A stretch of 64,000 bases of DNA from Clytia hemisphaerica (taxonomy: Eukaryota). Location of the stretch: NCBI RefSeq assembly GCF_902728285.1, contig NW_027104472.1, forward strand, positions 1,063,681-1,127,680. The letters are read 5' to 3'. The notes under the pieces are model-generated. The model did no database searches. It was given only the letters and a program-made list of their open reading frames with translations, and was not told where the DNA came from. This document shows, piece after piece, positions 12,852-27,800 of the stretch; position 1 is the stretch's first letter, and each line of letters begins with the position of its first letter. The position numbers and the translations under genes are program-made.

Positions 12852-15800
12852 GTCCATTTTGAGCATTTCGTTATCACGTGACGGAAAACATGTGGCTTGT
12901 GGAACTGAAGATGGTCACGTGTTTGTCTATGATAAAGAGTCCAGCAAGGTACGTACTTTACTTTCAAATGAGCACTCTGTATGGTATGTTTCCACTCAAG
13001 TGAGGAAATTACTCTAACGTCCCAAATAAACGGGAAAAATCGGAGGGGTCCCAATTCTTCTTAGATTTTGAAAAAATTTCGGACTCCCCTTCCCTGCTAT
13101 TCGAAACTTTAGAGTGGCGAAGGAAAAAATATTTGAAACATGAAATTTTGAAACAATTTTTTTTGGACCTACCCCGGTGGGGTGGAGGTCCTATAAATTA
13201 ACCTGTGTTAATCCGTCCGTCCGTCCGTTCGTTCGTCTGTTACCAACTTTTCTCAGGATTGAATCATAGGAATCTTTTGATTTTTGTTACAAAGGTGCAA
13301 AATGGTAGTGGCCAAAATGTGACGGAGCCCGATTTTCGAAAAAATAAAATTTTTTTAGGCAAATTTGGGCCAAAAAACGGCTAAAAAACGGGTTTTTTGG
13401 ACTGTGTGAAAAATTGGATCATTAATTTTTTCTGTTTTTTTGCATGAAAGTAGGCTAACATCATTGGTAAAAGATGGCTCAAGCAGATTTTTGCAAAAAA
13501 ATTTTGTTGGCTCAAAAAACACATGTTTATCTATAAGAATTACTATTAATAAGCATACATCAATGTTCTTATTCAAATTACTCAATTTTTTTATGAGATA
13601 CATGCTTTTCTTGCTCACGAGGGCTTACTTTTGAAGAATATGTGTGTTTAGACATGAAATTTTGGTTGCTTGGCGTGTTTTTATAGAAAAACTGGCCAAA
13701 TTCAATATTTTTTTATAAGCACATTATCAACTACTTACGTATTAGCTTTTCTCGAGATTGGTTCTTTCATTCTTTATGATTTTTTGCACAAAGATGCATA
13801 ACTATAAACCCTCGAATGTGACGGAGCCCGATTTTCGAAAGAAAATGTTTTTGGGCAAATTTGGGCCAAAAAACGGCTAAAAACAGGTTTTTTGGACTTT
13901 GTGAAAAATTGGATCATTAATTTTTTGCATGAAAATAGGTAAAAGATGGCTCAAGCAGATTTTTGCAAAAAAAATTTGTTGGCTCAAAAAACGCATGTTT
14001 ATCTATAAGAATCACTTTTAATAAGCATACATCAATGTTCTTAGTCAAATTACTCAATTCTTTGATGAGATCGATGTTTTTTGCTCACGAAGTCTTGAAT
14101 ATGAAAGAATATTCCACGATCATGAAATTTTGGTTTCTAAACGTTTTTTTTTTATAAGAAACAAACGACTAATTTTAATAGATCGTCACTATTTGTGTTC
14201 TGAATGATTTTTTAACGTATATATCAATTATATGTGTTAAATTTATAACCAGGTAGGTCCATAAAAGTATCACTTGTTCGATTTCTTATAATCCCTTCGT
14301 ATGATAAAAGATACAAAGGAAGACACAAAGGAAGCTTGATTTACTAGGATGTTTATATAACGTAATTTTTTTTGCTCTCTAGAAATTCTATTTTGAAATT
14401 ATTCCACCTACAGTTTTCGGGTTGGTCTAAAAAGCAGGGTAGCCAATTGGGGTAGCCAATTGGGCTAGGTTGTGGGGTACCTAAATATTATACAGACCAG
14501 AATAGAAATACCGAAAATGAATGCATAGAACCACATTTTACTGACCAGGGAGCACGAATCTGATTGATACTTAGATTGATCATGTATGATTACAAAGATA
14601 AACAAAGATATAAATTACCACGTGTTAATGCACGAGGAGTAAGAAATAGCGCTTCATTATAATAGAGCTATTTCAAAAGACTTTTTGTACCTATTATAAG
14701 CTGCAATATTAAAAAATTTTGAAAGGAATTAATTGTTTGAAACATCTAATCATGATATAAATTAAACAATAGATTCAATAGCAAAGGATTGTTAAGATAT
14801 GACAAGATTAGAGATCATATGGCCCAAAGGCGATTCCAAAGCTATTATCATCGAATTACAGCTTCACGGAAATAACAATTAAAAACATAAATAAAATCTA
14901 AATCTAAAATATTAAAAACTGTTTTGTATATATATATTTTTTATTCGGGTCTGTAAATTTTCAAACGAAGCCAAGAAGGAAGACAAAATGGCGCCAGGTC
15001 TCTTGAGAAGTAACAAAGTTCAGTACCTTTGGAAAAAAGGCTATTGTGGCTGAAATTCGAAAGGAATCTTAAATTTTATTACATGGAATCATTAACAAGA
15101 TGTTGTATAGTTATTTCCACATGAAAACAGGTTTCAGATTTCAAAAGTTTAGGCAAAAAGAGGTACCCCATAACCTAGCCCAATTGGCTACCCCATTGGC
15201 TACCCTGCTTTTTAGACCAACCCACAGTTTTCTTATTTTGAATCAAAGAAGTCTTATAACGCAGGGTTGCCACGTCTGCCGAAAATGTCTAGAATTTAGT
15301 AAAAGTCTGGAAATAGCGTACCTGTCTGGAAAAAGTCTGGAAAAATTCTCAAAATAGATTTTTCAGTCTTATATATAAACAACAATTATCTTTGTTAAAG
15401 ACAACCTTAGAATTTTGGTTTTTGCACGTTTTTTTACTTGTATATACTTTGTCACTTATAAAAAAGTCTGGAAAATATTGGTGTTTTTTACCTAAAGTCT
15501 GGAAAAATTTGGCGATTTTAAGCAAAAATATCTGGAAAAATTGAGGTTTTTGGGCAAAAGTCTGGAATTTTGAAAGTTTCCTACCCGTGGCAACCCTGTA
15601 ACGTTTTCTAATTTATCCAAGTAAAATGCTAGACTTATGTATATATACACTGTCTTTTTTTGCGCTCATGTGATTTCTTCATATTTTTAGGAGATACATT
15701 CGTTTTCGGGTCATTCGGGCGCCATTACCGCTTGCTGTTACGCAGGGGATAAGCTCTGTTCAGCATCCACTGACTCTAACATTTCCATTTGGGATTTGAA

Positions 15801-18800
15801 CACTGGACACAGGTTAGTGACTAAACATTGAGAATACTAGAATAATCGTTTTTGTGACTTGCCTGTTTCATGGTTCATGGTTGTGAATTTACTGTATTCA
15901 GTAATTTTTTTAATCGACCGTGATGCATAAGGGGGTTTGGTTCGATCTTAGTATGATCAAATAACGCTATTAATTATTTGTATCGACAACTATTTTAATT
16001 TCCTGTAACCGTGAATATGGCAATGTAATATCATAAACACCCCCTTCTCACAGACCCACAGGGAACCCTTCCCACTGGAAAAATTAGCCAGAATATCGTC
16101 CCCGGTGGAAAATTATACACCAATTTTTGTCCCCGCTGAAAATAATCAGATTAGCAAATCCTCACTGCAAAATATTGTGCTATTTTTTCCACCCCGCTGA
16201 TTATTTTTGTCCTAAAACAATGTAATTGAAGTCCCCAACCATAAAAATATTGCGTTGTTACTAAAAGTGGTAACACAGGGTAACACATGGTAACAGGGGG
16301 TAACACTAGGGTAACAGGGGGTAACACATGGGTAACACATGGGTAACAGGGGTAACACTAGGGTAACAGGGTAACAGTTTGAAAATGGTGGCTCTGAGGG
16401 GTCGGAAATTTGAAAATTGACTTAACCAATGTTGTTGGTGAATACAATGATAGAATGAATGATGCTGGTCAATGCAATGATGGAATCGATGTTGCTGGTG
16501 AATGCAATGATGGTGTTACTGGGGAATGCAATGATGGAATCAATGGTGCTGGGGAATGCAATGGTGGAATCAATAGTGCAGGTGACTGAAATGATGGAAT
16601 CGATGTTACTGGTGAATGCAATGATGGTGTCACTGGTGAATGTAATGATGGAATCAATGGTGCTGGTAAATGTAATGCTGTAATCAATGGTGCTGGTGAA
16701 TGCAATGGTGGAATCAATAGTGCAGGTGACTGAAATGATGGAATCGATGTTACTGGTGAATGCAATGATGGTGTTACTGGTGAATACAATGATGGAATCA
16801 ATGGTGCTGGTGAATGCAATGGTGGAATCAATAGTGCAGGTGACTGAAATGATGGAATCGATGTTACTGGTGAATTTACATTCAGCAGTAACATCATCAT
16901 TGCATTCACCAGCAACATCGATTCCATTATTTAAGCCCTCTGCACCATTGATTCCACCATTGCATTCACCAGCACAATTGATTCCACCTACAGATACCAG
17001 CACTATTGATTCCATCATTGCATTCACCAGTAACCATCATTGCATTCACCAGTAACATCGATTCCATCTTTTCAGTCACCTGCACTATTGATTCCACCAT
17101 TGCATTCACCAGCACCATTGATTCCACCATTGCATTCACCAGCACCATTGATTCCATCATTGCATTCACCAGTAACACCATCATTGCATTCACCAGCAAC
17201 ATCGATTCCAACATTGAAGTCACCTGCACCATTGATTCCAGCATTACATTCACCAGCACCATTGATTCCATCGTTGCATTCACCAGTAACACCATCATTG
17301 CATTCACCAGCAACATCGATTCCATCATTTCAGTCACCTGCACCATTGATTCCAACATTGAATTCACCAGCACCATTGATTCCAGCATTACATTCACCAG
17401 CACCATTGATTCCATCATTGCATTCACCAGTAACACCATCATTGCATTCACCAGCAACATCGATTCCATCATTTCAGTCACCTGCACCATTGATTCCAAC
17501 ATTGAATTCACCAGCACCATTGATTCCAGCATTACATTCACCAGCACCATTGATTCCATCATTGCATTCACCAGTAACACCATCATTGCATTCACCAGCA
17601 ACATCGATTCCATCATTGCATTGACCAGCATCATTCATTCTATCATTGTATTCACCAATAACATTGGTTAAGTCAATTTTCAAATTATCGACCCCTCAGA
17701 GCCACCATTTTCAAACTGTTACCCTGTTACCCTAGTGTTACCCCTGTTACCCATGTGTTACCCCCTGTTACCCTAGTGTTACCCCCTGTTACCATGTGTT
17801 ACCCTGTGTTACCACTTTTAGTAACAACGAAATATTGGGAATATCAATACCCGTCGAGTTTAGGTCCGTTATTTTCACCCCACTGGCTGGAAAAATCCCA
17901 CCGGGTCTGTGAGAAGGGGGTGTTCATAATGACTTCAAACATTTGAATTCAATAGACACTGGTAAAGTCGAACTTCAAACTTGATTCAAAGGTTGACCAT
18001 TTCCAAAAAAACTTTGTCTTTCCGGCTTTCAGATTACATTCACTGAGCGATCACAGAGAACCAGTAACTGGATGCGTTGTCACAAGAGACGGTAAACTTC
18101 TCGTCACCGTATCATTAGACAAGACGGCTCGCTTATGGAACGTTAATGACGGCTCGGCTGCCGGTTTTTTAGCTGGGCTCGATAGCCCGTTGAATTGCGT
18201 TGCCATGGATACGGAAGATAAACATGCAGCGTTAGGAGGTTGGAATAAATGTATTGTCATCTGGAATATCTTGGAAAACAAGAAAATTGCAGTGAGTATC
18301 GTTTGAATTCTTTTTATGACATTTAGCTCGGTTTTGACCATATACGGTCATAGAAGATTTTTGTCCCAAGGGTGATGGGTCAAATAATTTTCAGAACTGT
18401 ATTTGATTATCTTACACTCATTTTACAGTCAAAATTAGAGCCTTGTTTTTTTTTTGGAAAAAAGAAAGTGACTAGAGAATCTCCCCATGTGACCATATGT
18501 TTTCCTGACTTATTTATATCCCGACATACCCTTAAAAGGTATCTACAAAATCTTTCTACGTAGAGAGATTGATGGTTTTCTTCTTATTACACTTTACAGA
18601 GCTACAACAAAGGACATAAGAGTTCCGTCAGAGCATTGGCTTATTCTCCCAACGGATCTTATTTAGCGTCCTCCGGTTTGAATGGTGAATTGTTGTTGTG
18701 GTCCACCCAGAGTGGAGCTATGGTGAGTTGTCGTGTCTTAAAGGTTTTGTTTTTAAATAAGAGTGATTTCGCTTGCTTGCTCACCAATTTTAAGTCGCAA

Positions 18801-21800
18801 GCATTTTCACATTGGATTGACACGGATGTGGAGCAAGACTGATCAGAAAGAGGAAAAGAAAAAACATTTTTTTGCTTATATCAGCACAATATAACAATAG
18901 ACAGACACTGTCTGATATGAAACGGGAACACTTATGTAAAAATAAAACCTTTAACGTCTGTCGAAAAGCTATTGTCATGATAATGTTGATGTATCAATCA
19001 GAAAATCACCTCTTTGCCTTTATGAATGAAATTGAGAAAAACTGGTTGGATAGGCCATAAATGAAAATGTCATAAAAATTAACACTTTAGGGCAATTGTA
19101 CACCCATCTCGATGGACAGTTGCTTCACCATATACCGTCACTTTGCTCTAGTTTAGACGGCCGACTTTCTGCCCTGCCTATTCTAATTGTTAGAGTAGGC
19201 AGAAAGAGGGCACAAAGTTGGTTGTTAAAATCTTTGCTTGGAAAGGTTTGAAGAAGACATTGCATTGACGTCAAAAGAGGGCTATGCATCGACTTTAGAC
19301 AGCCCACTTTATGCCCTCTTTAATTCACAATTAGAATAGGCAGGGCAAAAAGTGGGCCGTCTAAACTAGAGCTTTATCATATTTGAATTGATTTGGGTTA
19401 ACTCGCATGAGATTTAGATTGATAGAGTCGATATTTTACGTGGATAGACCAGCAATCTAGAAGTTTTTTGATACTCTTTCGATTGACGGTTCGGCTATCT
19501 TTGAACTGAACTGAACGGAACATTGGAAGGAGCAGGAATTCGAATCGGGATCCCCTGGTGTCAGGCGCTGGCACCCTGACCATTCGCCCTTCGCTTCTTT
19601 GAATAGACCTTATTGGAGTTTTTGATTTTTCTAAAAAACGATGCATTGTTGGATTCTTTCGAGTGTATTACAATAGAAATCTCTTAGGAATTCCTCAAGG
19701 GAATTCTATTGTAATACACTCGAAACAATCCCACAATGCATCGCTTTTTTAGAAAAATCAAAAACTCCGATAAGGTCTATTGCTTTCGTTTAAAACACCT
19801 CGTATGAATTTTGCATGAATTATCTTTCCATCGTAGATTGGACAACTGTCCGAATTGAAACACCACGTCCGACATATATCTTTCTCGACTGATGGATTAC
19901 AGCTGTTTGGAGCCAGCGATGATTCTAGTATCAAGGTAAACTAAAGTTTTTCTCTGGGTTTCCTTTAGTTGGTTCCTAAAGATATCTTTGACGGAGTCGA
20001 ACACTTTAAAGTGTAAAAACAGCAAATGAAGCCACTGCTTCGGTTGAAATTTTCGTCATCTTTTACGTAAATTTGACTCTCTCTAATTTTATTTTCTCTA
20101 ATTCGAATTCTCTAATTCGAATCTTTCTGTAATTAGAACTGAAACATTGGTCCCCTAAATTGGAAAGGGGTTCAAAATACTCTCTATAATTCGAATTTTC
20201 CCTAGTTCTAAGAAAAGTGTTAGTCTATTGAAGATCGAATTAGAGAGAGGCGACTGTAACTCCATCAACATATAGCTCAACAAAAAATGATATCCTTTTA
20301 TAAGAGAAGCTAGGAATTTGACAGAGTCGATATTTTACGTGGATGGCTCAGTAAAGAAGGACTTTTGAACAGTCTTTTCATTGTTTTTATGACAAATTCA
20401 TGACAAATTAGTCCGGCTGTATGGATGGAACCTTAGACCGTTCGGCCATTTACCAACGGAGAAGCAACTCAATATAAACTTCGGAAATACTTTTTTATTT
20501 GTACATCGTACATCGTAGGAAATGAGAAATGGCGAGCATAGAAAGAGATCTTTAATGGTCTACTATAACATAAGAATTTATGACGATATACAAATTTTTT
20601 TGACCTTTTTAGATTTGGTCCGGAACCCTTGGTTGTCCTGAGCGACAAATAGACGACATGGATGAGGATGACGGAAATACTGACGTCAGCAAACAACATA
20701 ACGAATACGCGCTTTCTGTTTGTGTTAGCGACCATCTTGTTGCCATTGGTTACAACAGTGGAAAAGTGTCCGTGTACCGAAACAAGGGATCGAGGTATCA
20801 TGTAGCAGGGCACGAAAGATTGATTTCAACATGGAAAGCTCATTCGTCAAGTGTACGCTCTATGTGCTTCTTGAGGTAATTATTTATTATTTCATTCTTT
20901 GACCAATATATAAGGAATTCGATTATTTATTTGTAGTCTTTGATCAGAATTTGAAATATAATCTTCTAAAATTTGCGATGAAACTGAATTCAAAAACTTT
21001 TCAGCATTGAAAATGGTTGAATACACCAAAAAGCTTCCTGTTCTTTACAAAACTTGTCGCGATACCATTTATTTTATATTCAATTTGCAGAAAAACATTT
21101 TGAGAAGAAACTAATTTGATACCTAAACTTAAATTCCCCTCGTTCGATTTCTGATGGCTGTAATAATACCCTAGGCCTTTTCATAAATTACGTCACGAAC
21201 ATCGCTTGCCGTACTCTAACAATTACCATGGTGATTATGTCCCTTGAGACATTAAATGATTTTTTTATGAATAGAAAGTAGTTTTAATAAAATCCGCTGG
21301 GAGTTAATCACCATGGCAATAATTTCAAAACGAGGCAAGTGACGTTCGTGACGTAATTTATAAAAATGTCTACTTTCTGTATAATTTTAGAAGTCATTTT
21401 TTGCTTTAGTCGGAAAGGACACCAAGCTCAGGTTGTCGGCGCCCAACTATGAATCCGTATTAAGACTTTTTGTATATTCCCTTTAGATCGGACAGTTCTG
21501 AATACAAAAAAGATTTGGTCACAGCATCAGATGATTACAAGATTATTCAATGGGCGCTGAAAGGCCGAGATCACAAACAAGCACGACTTCTTGAGGGCCA
21601 TACCAACGGTGTCACGTGTGTACGAGCCAAAGAAGCGTGAGTCTCGATTACTTGGTTTTATTTATCACTCTTTTTCTTGGAAGACAAATGAATCAGTCCT
21701 TTTGAAGAGTATGGTGTAGCTGTCCACAAATTATGGCAGATTCTTTTACGGAGCAGTGGCCTTAAAGTCCGGTCTCTACTTGCGCGCGTTGCAATTGCAC

Positions 21801-24800
21801 CTTTTGGCTTCAATCCTTTTTGCTTGGAAAAAAGATTACGTCATAAAAATGTAGCGCACGCTCGAAAAAAAAATTGAACACATTTCAACTTTTTTCAACC
21901 GTTACGTCAGATCGCGACAATGGAATTGCTTAATTTTTCTTTTGACCAATAGCGTGATAGCTTTGCTCGAAAAAGTGCGATCGCAATAGTGGAGACCGGC
22001 ATTTAGAATAATCAAAATCTGCGCTGAGATAACGCCGAAGAAGAAATAGTAATAAATGTGTTTAATGGTTTTTAGTATGTATTTTATCCAGATCTATGAG
22101 AATTTAGCTAAGGGTTTAAATATTTGGATCGCTAATTTTTTTCTTTTTCTATTCACTTAGTTACATCATCTCATCTTCAAAAGATTGCAGTCTTCGCGTC
22201 TGGAACGCCATTTCCTTTGAAGCGGTTGGTCACCGTGGCAACAGAGGACAACAACCACAACAAGAAAGCAGTGTGGCCACTCTACATGGTCACACAGGGA
22301 TTGTGACTGGTTGTGATTTATCACCATGTGAAACTAAAGCTATATCGTGTGGTCATGATAGGGTAAGTTAGTCCCTATTCATGCCAACCCAAAATTTCCA
22401 TTCGATGGAAAACCCTCTCTAACGAAAGATGGGGATCTACTTTAAGGGCAGAAAGTTTCGGGAGACCGAAAAATCGTTATATTTTGCGGATTTTAGTTTT
22501 GAACAAAGTTTACTGAACAAAACGATTTTCTAAAAATCTCTATTTTTAATGGAAATAACTTTCGCGAATTTTCCGCTTTCCTTCTTAGCTGGCATAAACT
22601 TTAGCGAAAGAACGCTAAAGTTGCGAAAACCTCAAAACTTAAAGTAGATGTTTTAATTTTCTTGCTACAATTTGGTGGCTCATACAAACTTCAGTAAAGA
22701 ATCTATGTTTCTTTGTGTTTATGGGCTTATTTCTGACAAACGACAAAGCTTACCTTAGCAACCAATCTCAAACCAATGGAGCTTACTAACGACTGAAAAT
22801 GATGCAAACTCATTTCGGGTTTCTCTCTTTTAGGCTCTCTTCATTTGGGATTTAACTAACTTCACATCACTCTGTGTGGTTCATAACGCTCACGGTGACG
22901 GCATTACGGCGTGTTGTTGGTCTGACGTCGGCACGTACGTCGTGACGGGGTCAAACGATTTCAAGTTGAAACTATGGAATACAAAAGTGTTGATTGAAAA
23001 TAAAGATGAAATGTCGAAGTTGAAAGAACGAAGCACCTTCATTGGTCACACTACTACTATAAATGATGTCAAGTACAAGGTATTAAATAGGCCATTTTTT
23101 ATGCCCTTTTAGCGTCCGGTTATTGGACGCTGCCCCTCCTGAACTCACTACAATTTTGGTAAAAACAGCCTTTTTAGTGGAAAAACACTAGAAAAAGTGC
23201 TCTTTTTGGCCACCAACGGACGCTGCCCTGCCTTTCTAAAATATGGCCTGTTGAAATCATTTGGCAAAGTCGAACCCAATCCCTTTTTTATGATTCCGAT
23301 TATACCAACGCCCATCGGTAAATAAAAAGTATGGTACAAGTGATTCTGGGTGTTCATGATATGCACCACTGGAGAGTCTTCTGAGATTTTCCACCCAATA
23401 CTTTACTTAAACAATAGAAAAAGTGACGTATTGGGTGAAAGAAAAACAGAAAAATTGCATAATTTCGTGAAGTCATTGCATATCATGAATTGTCCGTAAA
23501 CAGACCCGATATTTACAAAAAGACGACTTCTATCCGTGAGATACACTCTGGTACAGAGTAGCCTGGGTATGAGATGGATTTTTCGAAGATTATGAAAAAT
23601 AAAAAATCGATCAACTATAGATGTCTCTTTTCCAAAAGTCCTGCCCAAACCTCTTAGAATTTGATTTTGAAAGTACTGCGACGATTCAGTAAAATTAACA
23701 AAAGTTGTTCTGAATACTAATGGGGGTCGGAGTTTGTTTCTTATCGAAGTTAGATCACTTACTTACTTGTTTTCTTAAATGTTATATTTTTACATAAGTA
23801 TTCCCTTTTTATATCAGACACATATTTCATATTAGGAAAGTGTCTGCCTATTGTTATATTATGCTGATATGAGCAAAAAAATGTTTTTCTTTTCCTCTTT
23901 CTGACCAATCTTGCTCCACATTAGTGTCAATTCAATGTGAAAAAGCTTGTGAATAAAAATTGATGAGTTAGCAAACGATACCACTCTTATACAAAAACAA
24001 AACCTTTAAACGACTTACGGTTTAGGTCACATACAAGCCAATCGAAAATGAGCTCGGAGCTTAAAACTTTGGAGAAAAGGAATCAATTTTTCAGTAAACT
24101 ACTTTAAAACTTATTGAATTTTCATTCTTTTTCGTACTTAGTTTGGTTGTGTAGTATCCAGCAGTGCGGATGGTCACGTCAAAGTATGGAATCAGAATGG
24201 TGTAGAGATAACAACATTCCAACCACACAAAACAAGGATCAATTCTGCAGATTTGTGGGCTCCTGGTGTCAGCATTGAGGACGAAGAACAAGGTGAATTT
24301 TTGAAAATTCTTTAAAATGAATGCTCCCAGAACACTATCAAGACAGTCAATAAAATCGCTCATCGATTATAGCTAATCGAGGTAAAAATAATTGCGAATA
24401 TCGATAATCGATCGATTAGCTAACTATTGAAATCGATTAGCAATAGATTATTTTCGATGAGATATCGATTAATATCGATTACCTTGCGGTATCGACTTTT
24501 ATCGATTATCTATCGATGAGCTATCGATTGTTATCGACGAACTATATATTGTTATCGACGAACTGTCGATTGTTATCGACGAACTATCGATCAATATCGA
24601 TTACCTTACAGTATCGATGATATCGATTGATAATCGATACAAAACATCCATCGATTAAATATCGATGACAGCGATTGGATTGATAGCAATCGATAGCTAA
24701 TCGAGGTCAAAAAATTGTGAATATCGATTAGCTATCGATTTAAATCTATGATCGATTTTATTGATTACGACTGTCATGAACGATTAAGTTTAGGGTTAAT

Positions 24801-27800
24801 CTAGGAGTAGTTAAAATTGGAAACGACCAGAAAGAAAGTCTGCAGATTAAACGTCGAGAAGGTTAATTCTGACAACTTTTCAGGAAGTGTAAACCGTCTC
24901 AAGTAAGGTAACAAATCTTAATGTTCAGGGTATATCCTCTAACACTTGACGCTAATGCAATGATTTTTTCAATCTTTAATCGAGCAAAGATTTTAACTAC
25001 CATCTTTTCTGCCCACGCTTTGCCTTCTCTAACAATTAGAATTTGCAGAGCAGAAAGTTGGCCGTCTAAACTAAAGCTTACAAAGATATAAATACTCACT
25101 AATAAATTCGTCTCATTTAACTTTAAGGTACTGCATGGTCAACACGCACCAAAGACTTGACTTCCATTCAGCAACGTGTTCGAGCCAAAACACCAAAGAA
25201 TCTCCAAGATATTCTATTGTTCACAGCCAGTGATGATGGTACCACACAATCTTGGAGACCTTTCAAGGTAATCTTAATAAGTTTGAGTTTAGAATTAAAC
25301 ATTTAGTTGTCAACAAGTAAAAAAATACATTACTGTCAGTTTCACCCGAAGGATTATCAAATGTAAAATGATTAACTTCTACGCCCCTTCTACTTCGAAA
25401 AAATTTCTCAATGTACACACAAAATCCCATCGGGAGTATATAATTAACACTATTAACATAGGAATAAAATGATAACAGAAAGTCGTAAAAGTTGGGTTGT
25501 AAAAATTAGGTTGTAAAGATTAATCTTCCGGGGGGGGCTGCTTTAAAGTACCATATCGGGGAAAAAAATGTCGGGGGAAAGTGACGAAAATTTTGAGGGG
25601 GTGACGAAATTTTCCTCCGACGAATTTTTTCCCCGATATTTTATCACCCGACCAAAACTTTTACCCGATTTTTTTATCCCCGACCATAACTTTTACCAGA
25701 TTTTTTTATCCCCGACCAAAATTTAAATCTAAATTTTTCACCTCTTTATTAACCAAAATTAGTGCTTTAAACGTCGAATTACAAGATCTTTTTTCGAGCT
25801 AGTGAAGGAAACCATTTTATTTGGACAATTTAGTTGGGTAAAAGTGACTAAATCGTAAATTTCGTCGGAAAAAAGTGATGAAAATGCCTCTAGGTGACGA
25901 AATTTTTCCCCTAAGAAAAAAACCCCGACTAAATAAAACTCCGACATTTTTTTCCCCGATGAGGTAATTGAAATAAAATTTATTTAAGTTTGAGTCACAG
26001 TGGAAGTCAATCGTGGCTCAGATCACGAGATTCATGTTTGACTATAACGTTTCGAGAGATTCTTCTTCCATAAAAAAATAGGGCAAGGTGGAGGATGTTT
26101 TCATACAAACGTAAATCTCGTGATCCAAGTCACTTTCTAAACTTTCAAGGTAGGTGCAAAATGAGTAAAGAAAGGGTCTAAAATATTAATGACGAAATGA
26201 CTCTACCAATTACCATTTATTTTGTTCCAATTTTTGATCGGTTATCGAGAAAACTGATTTTATTTAATTATGTTTTTGTTTGTGAATAGATTTTGGTGGA
26301 AATTCAATTAGGTGGATGAAGGGTCTTTTTGGCATCACAATGCTTTTTGATATCACAATGTGGTCCCCCCTACCCTTGCATTAGTAAACTACGCTGATCT
26401 CTCATCCCATCTTTGGGAGTTTGGGAGTGACATTTCAAAGCGATGTTTTAGGGTGGATGGACAAGAATGAATGGGTTTGAAATTAAGGGGAGAAATATCA
26501 AAATTCTTTCTTTGGAGTACTACTATTAGTTACACGGTCTTCTCGAGGTGGGATACGGGATATACAGGGTCAGTAAAAACCGTATTGGTGGCGAGGCTTG
26601 CCGAGTTTGGCACAAACATTCTCAATCACTGATTTACCCTTTTTTTATTCTTTCTGTCTTTTCAAAACAAAACATTCGAATTTTGACCAAAACATTCGAA
26701 AGCGCATTCGTCAATATGCAATGTCTTCTTTTTTTTCTCAATCGAATGCGAGGAAGACAGATACGGTTTATATCCCACCTCCACGTGATGTCTTTCGACC
26801 AATGGAATCGCGAGAATCTTACTGATGCCGGATAAACTATGTTATACGTTAGATACATTCTGGTACAGAGTGAGGGGGGGGGCGGGCCTCACTTTTTTTG
26901 CAGACCATACTTATGTACATTGAACCAACTTTAAACTGACCAAATCAAATCTTAACTTAAAAACTGTTTTTGGGTATCATTTTTCCCCCAAAATATTGAA
27001 CCCTCCACTCCAAATGGCTCACCTGTGAGCCCGTGGAGATACCAGACCAGACCACAAATTTGTATTGAAATATTCTCCCTATCTATTTCCTCATAGCCGG
27101 ACTTGTTGAACGCACTATACGGTCATTCCAACGTTGTCAGTGAAGTGAAACAAGGATCTAATGGAGAACTGATCAGTGGTAGTTTGGACGAGACCATCAA
27201 AGTCTGGGATTTCAAGGTTTGTTATGTTTTTTGTACAGTAAAGTCTCCGTAACTATAGAATGTCTCCTTAAACTCGAGCATGTTCTGGATCCCTTCAGAG
27301 GCACCAAAGCCTTATAAACACGACAACGTTTCCATTACTCAATTACTCGAACAAATCTGCGTTCCCCGTGAGAGTTTGAGTTATGGAGACTCCACTTTAA
27401 TTTCTTTTCAATCAATTTTTTAAAAGATGGACCTCTTGACCAGGCTTCTTGAAAGATTAGAGTGTGACCGCTAGGGAGTTCTCATTATGGCTGCAAGCCT
27501 TTTGCTTTTTACTTGCCTTGTAAGGTTTCTTCTAAAAGTTAAGTTAGATCCTGGTTACAACGAAAGTATTTTGCTGCTGTCCTTTAGAGTAGAATGTGGA
27601 GCTACTGTAATGGGATTAGGTCCCCCCCCATTGAAGACAAGAAGCGAATCTTGAACCTTTCTCAAGCAAGGAAAAGCTAAGCCTTAAATTTGTGCCTGTT
27701 TTGAATGACTGTTAGAATCTTGCACTTCCTTTATTTTTCTCATTTTACATTTTTCAAATTTTGCCGGTAAAATGTTACTTCCAATCCAGCCTTTTCAATG

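Noticed and set aside
16263-16380. Regular short direct repeats (GGTAACAC(A/T)GG...) resembling a CRISPR-like periodic array.
   Set aside because: This is a eukaryotic intron. The units are 9-12 bp with no unique spacers, and the array is mirrored in inverted orientation at 17700-17820 as part of the foldback arms. It is a microsatellite, not CRISPR.
16422-17683. Six overlapping ORFs of 69-222 aa on both strands (16422-17027, 16469-16927, 16687-17055, 16966-17634, 17006-17671, 17040-17624).
   Set aside because: All lie within the 30-bp-unit minisatellite palindrome. The 30-nt periodicity removes stop codons in several frames on both strands. The peptides are pure repeats (ECNDGINGAG..., SLHSPVTPS...) with no start context. 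They are repeat artifacts.
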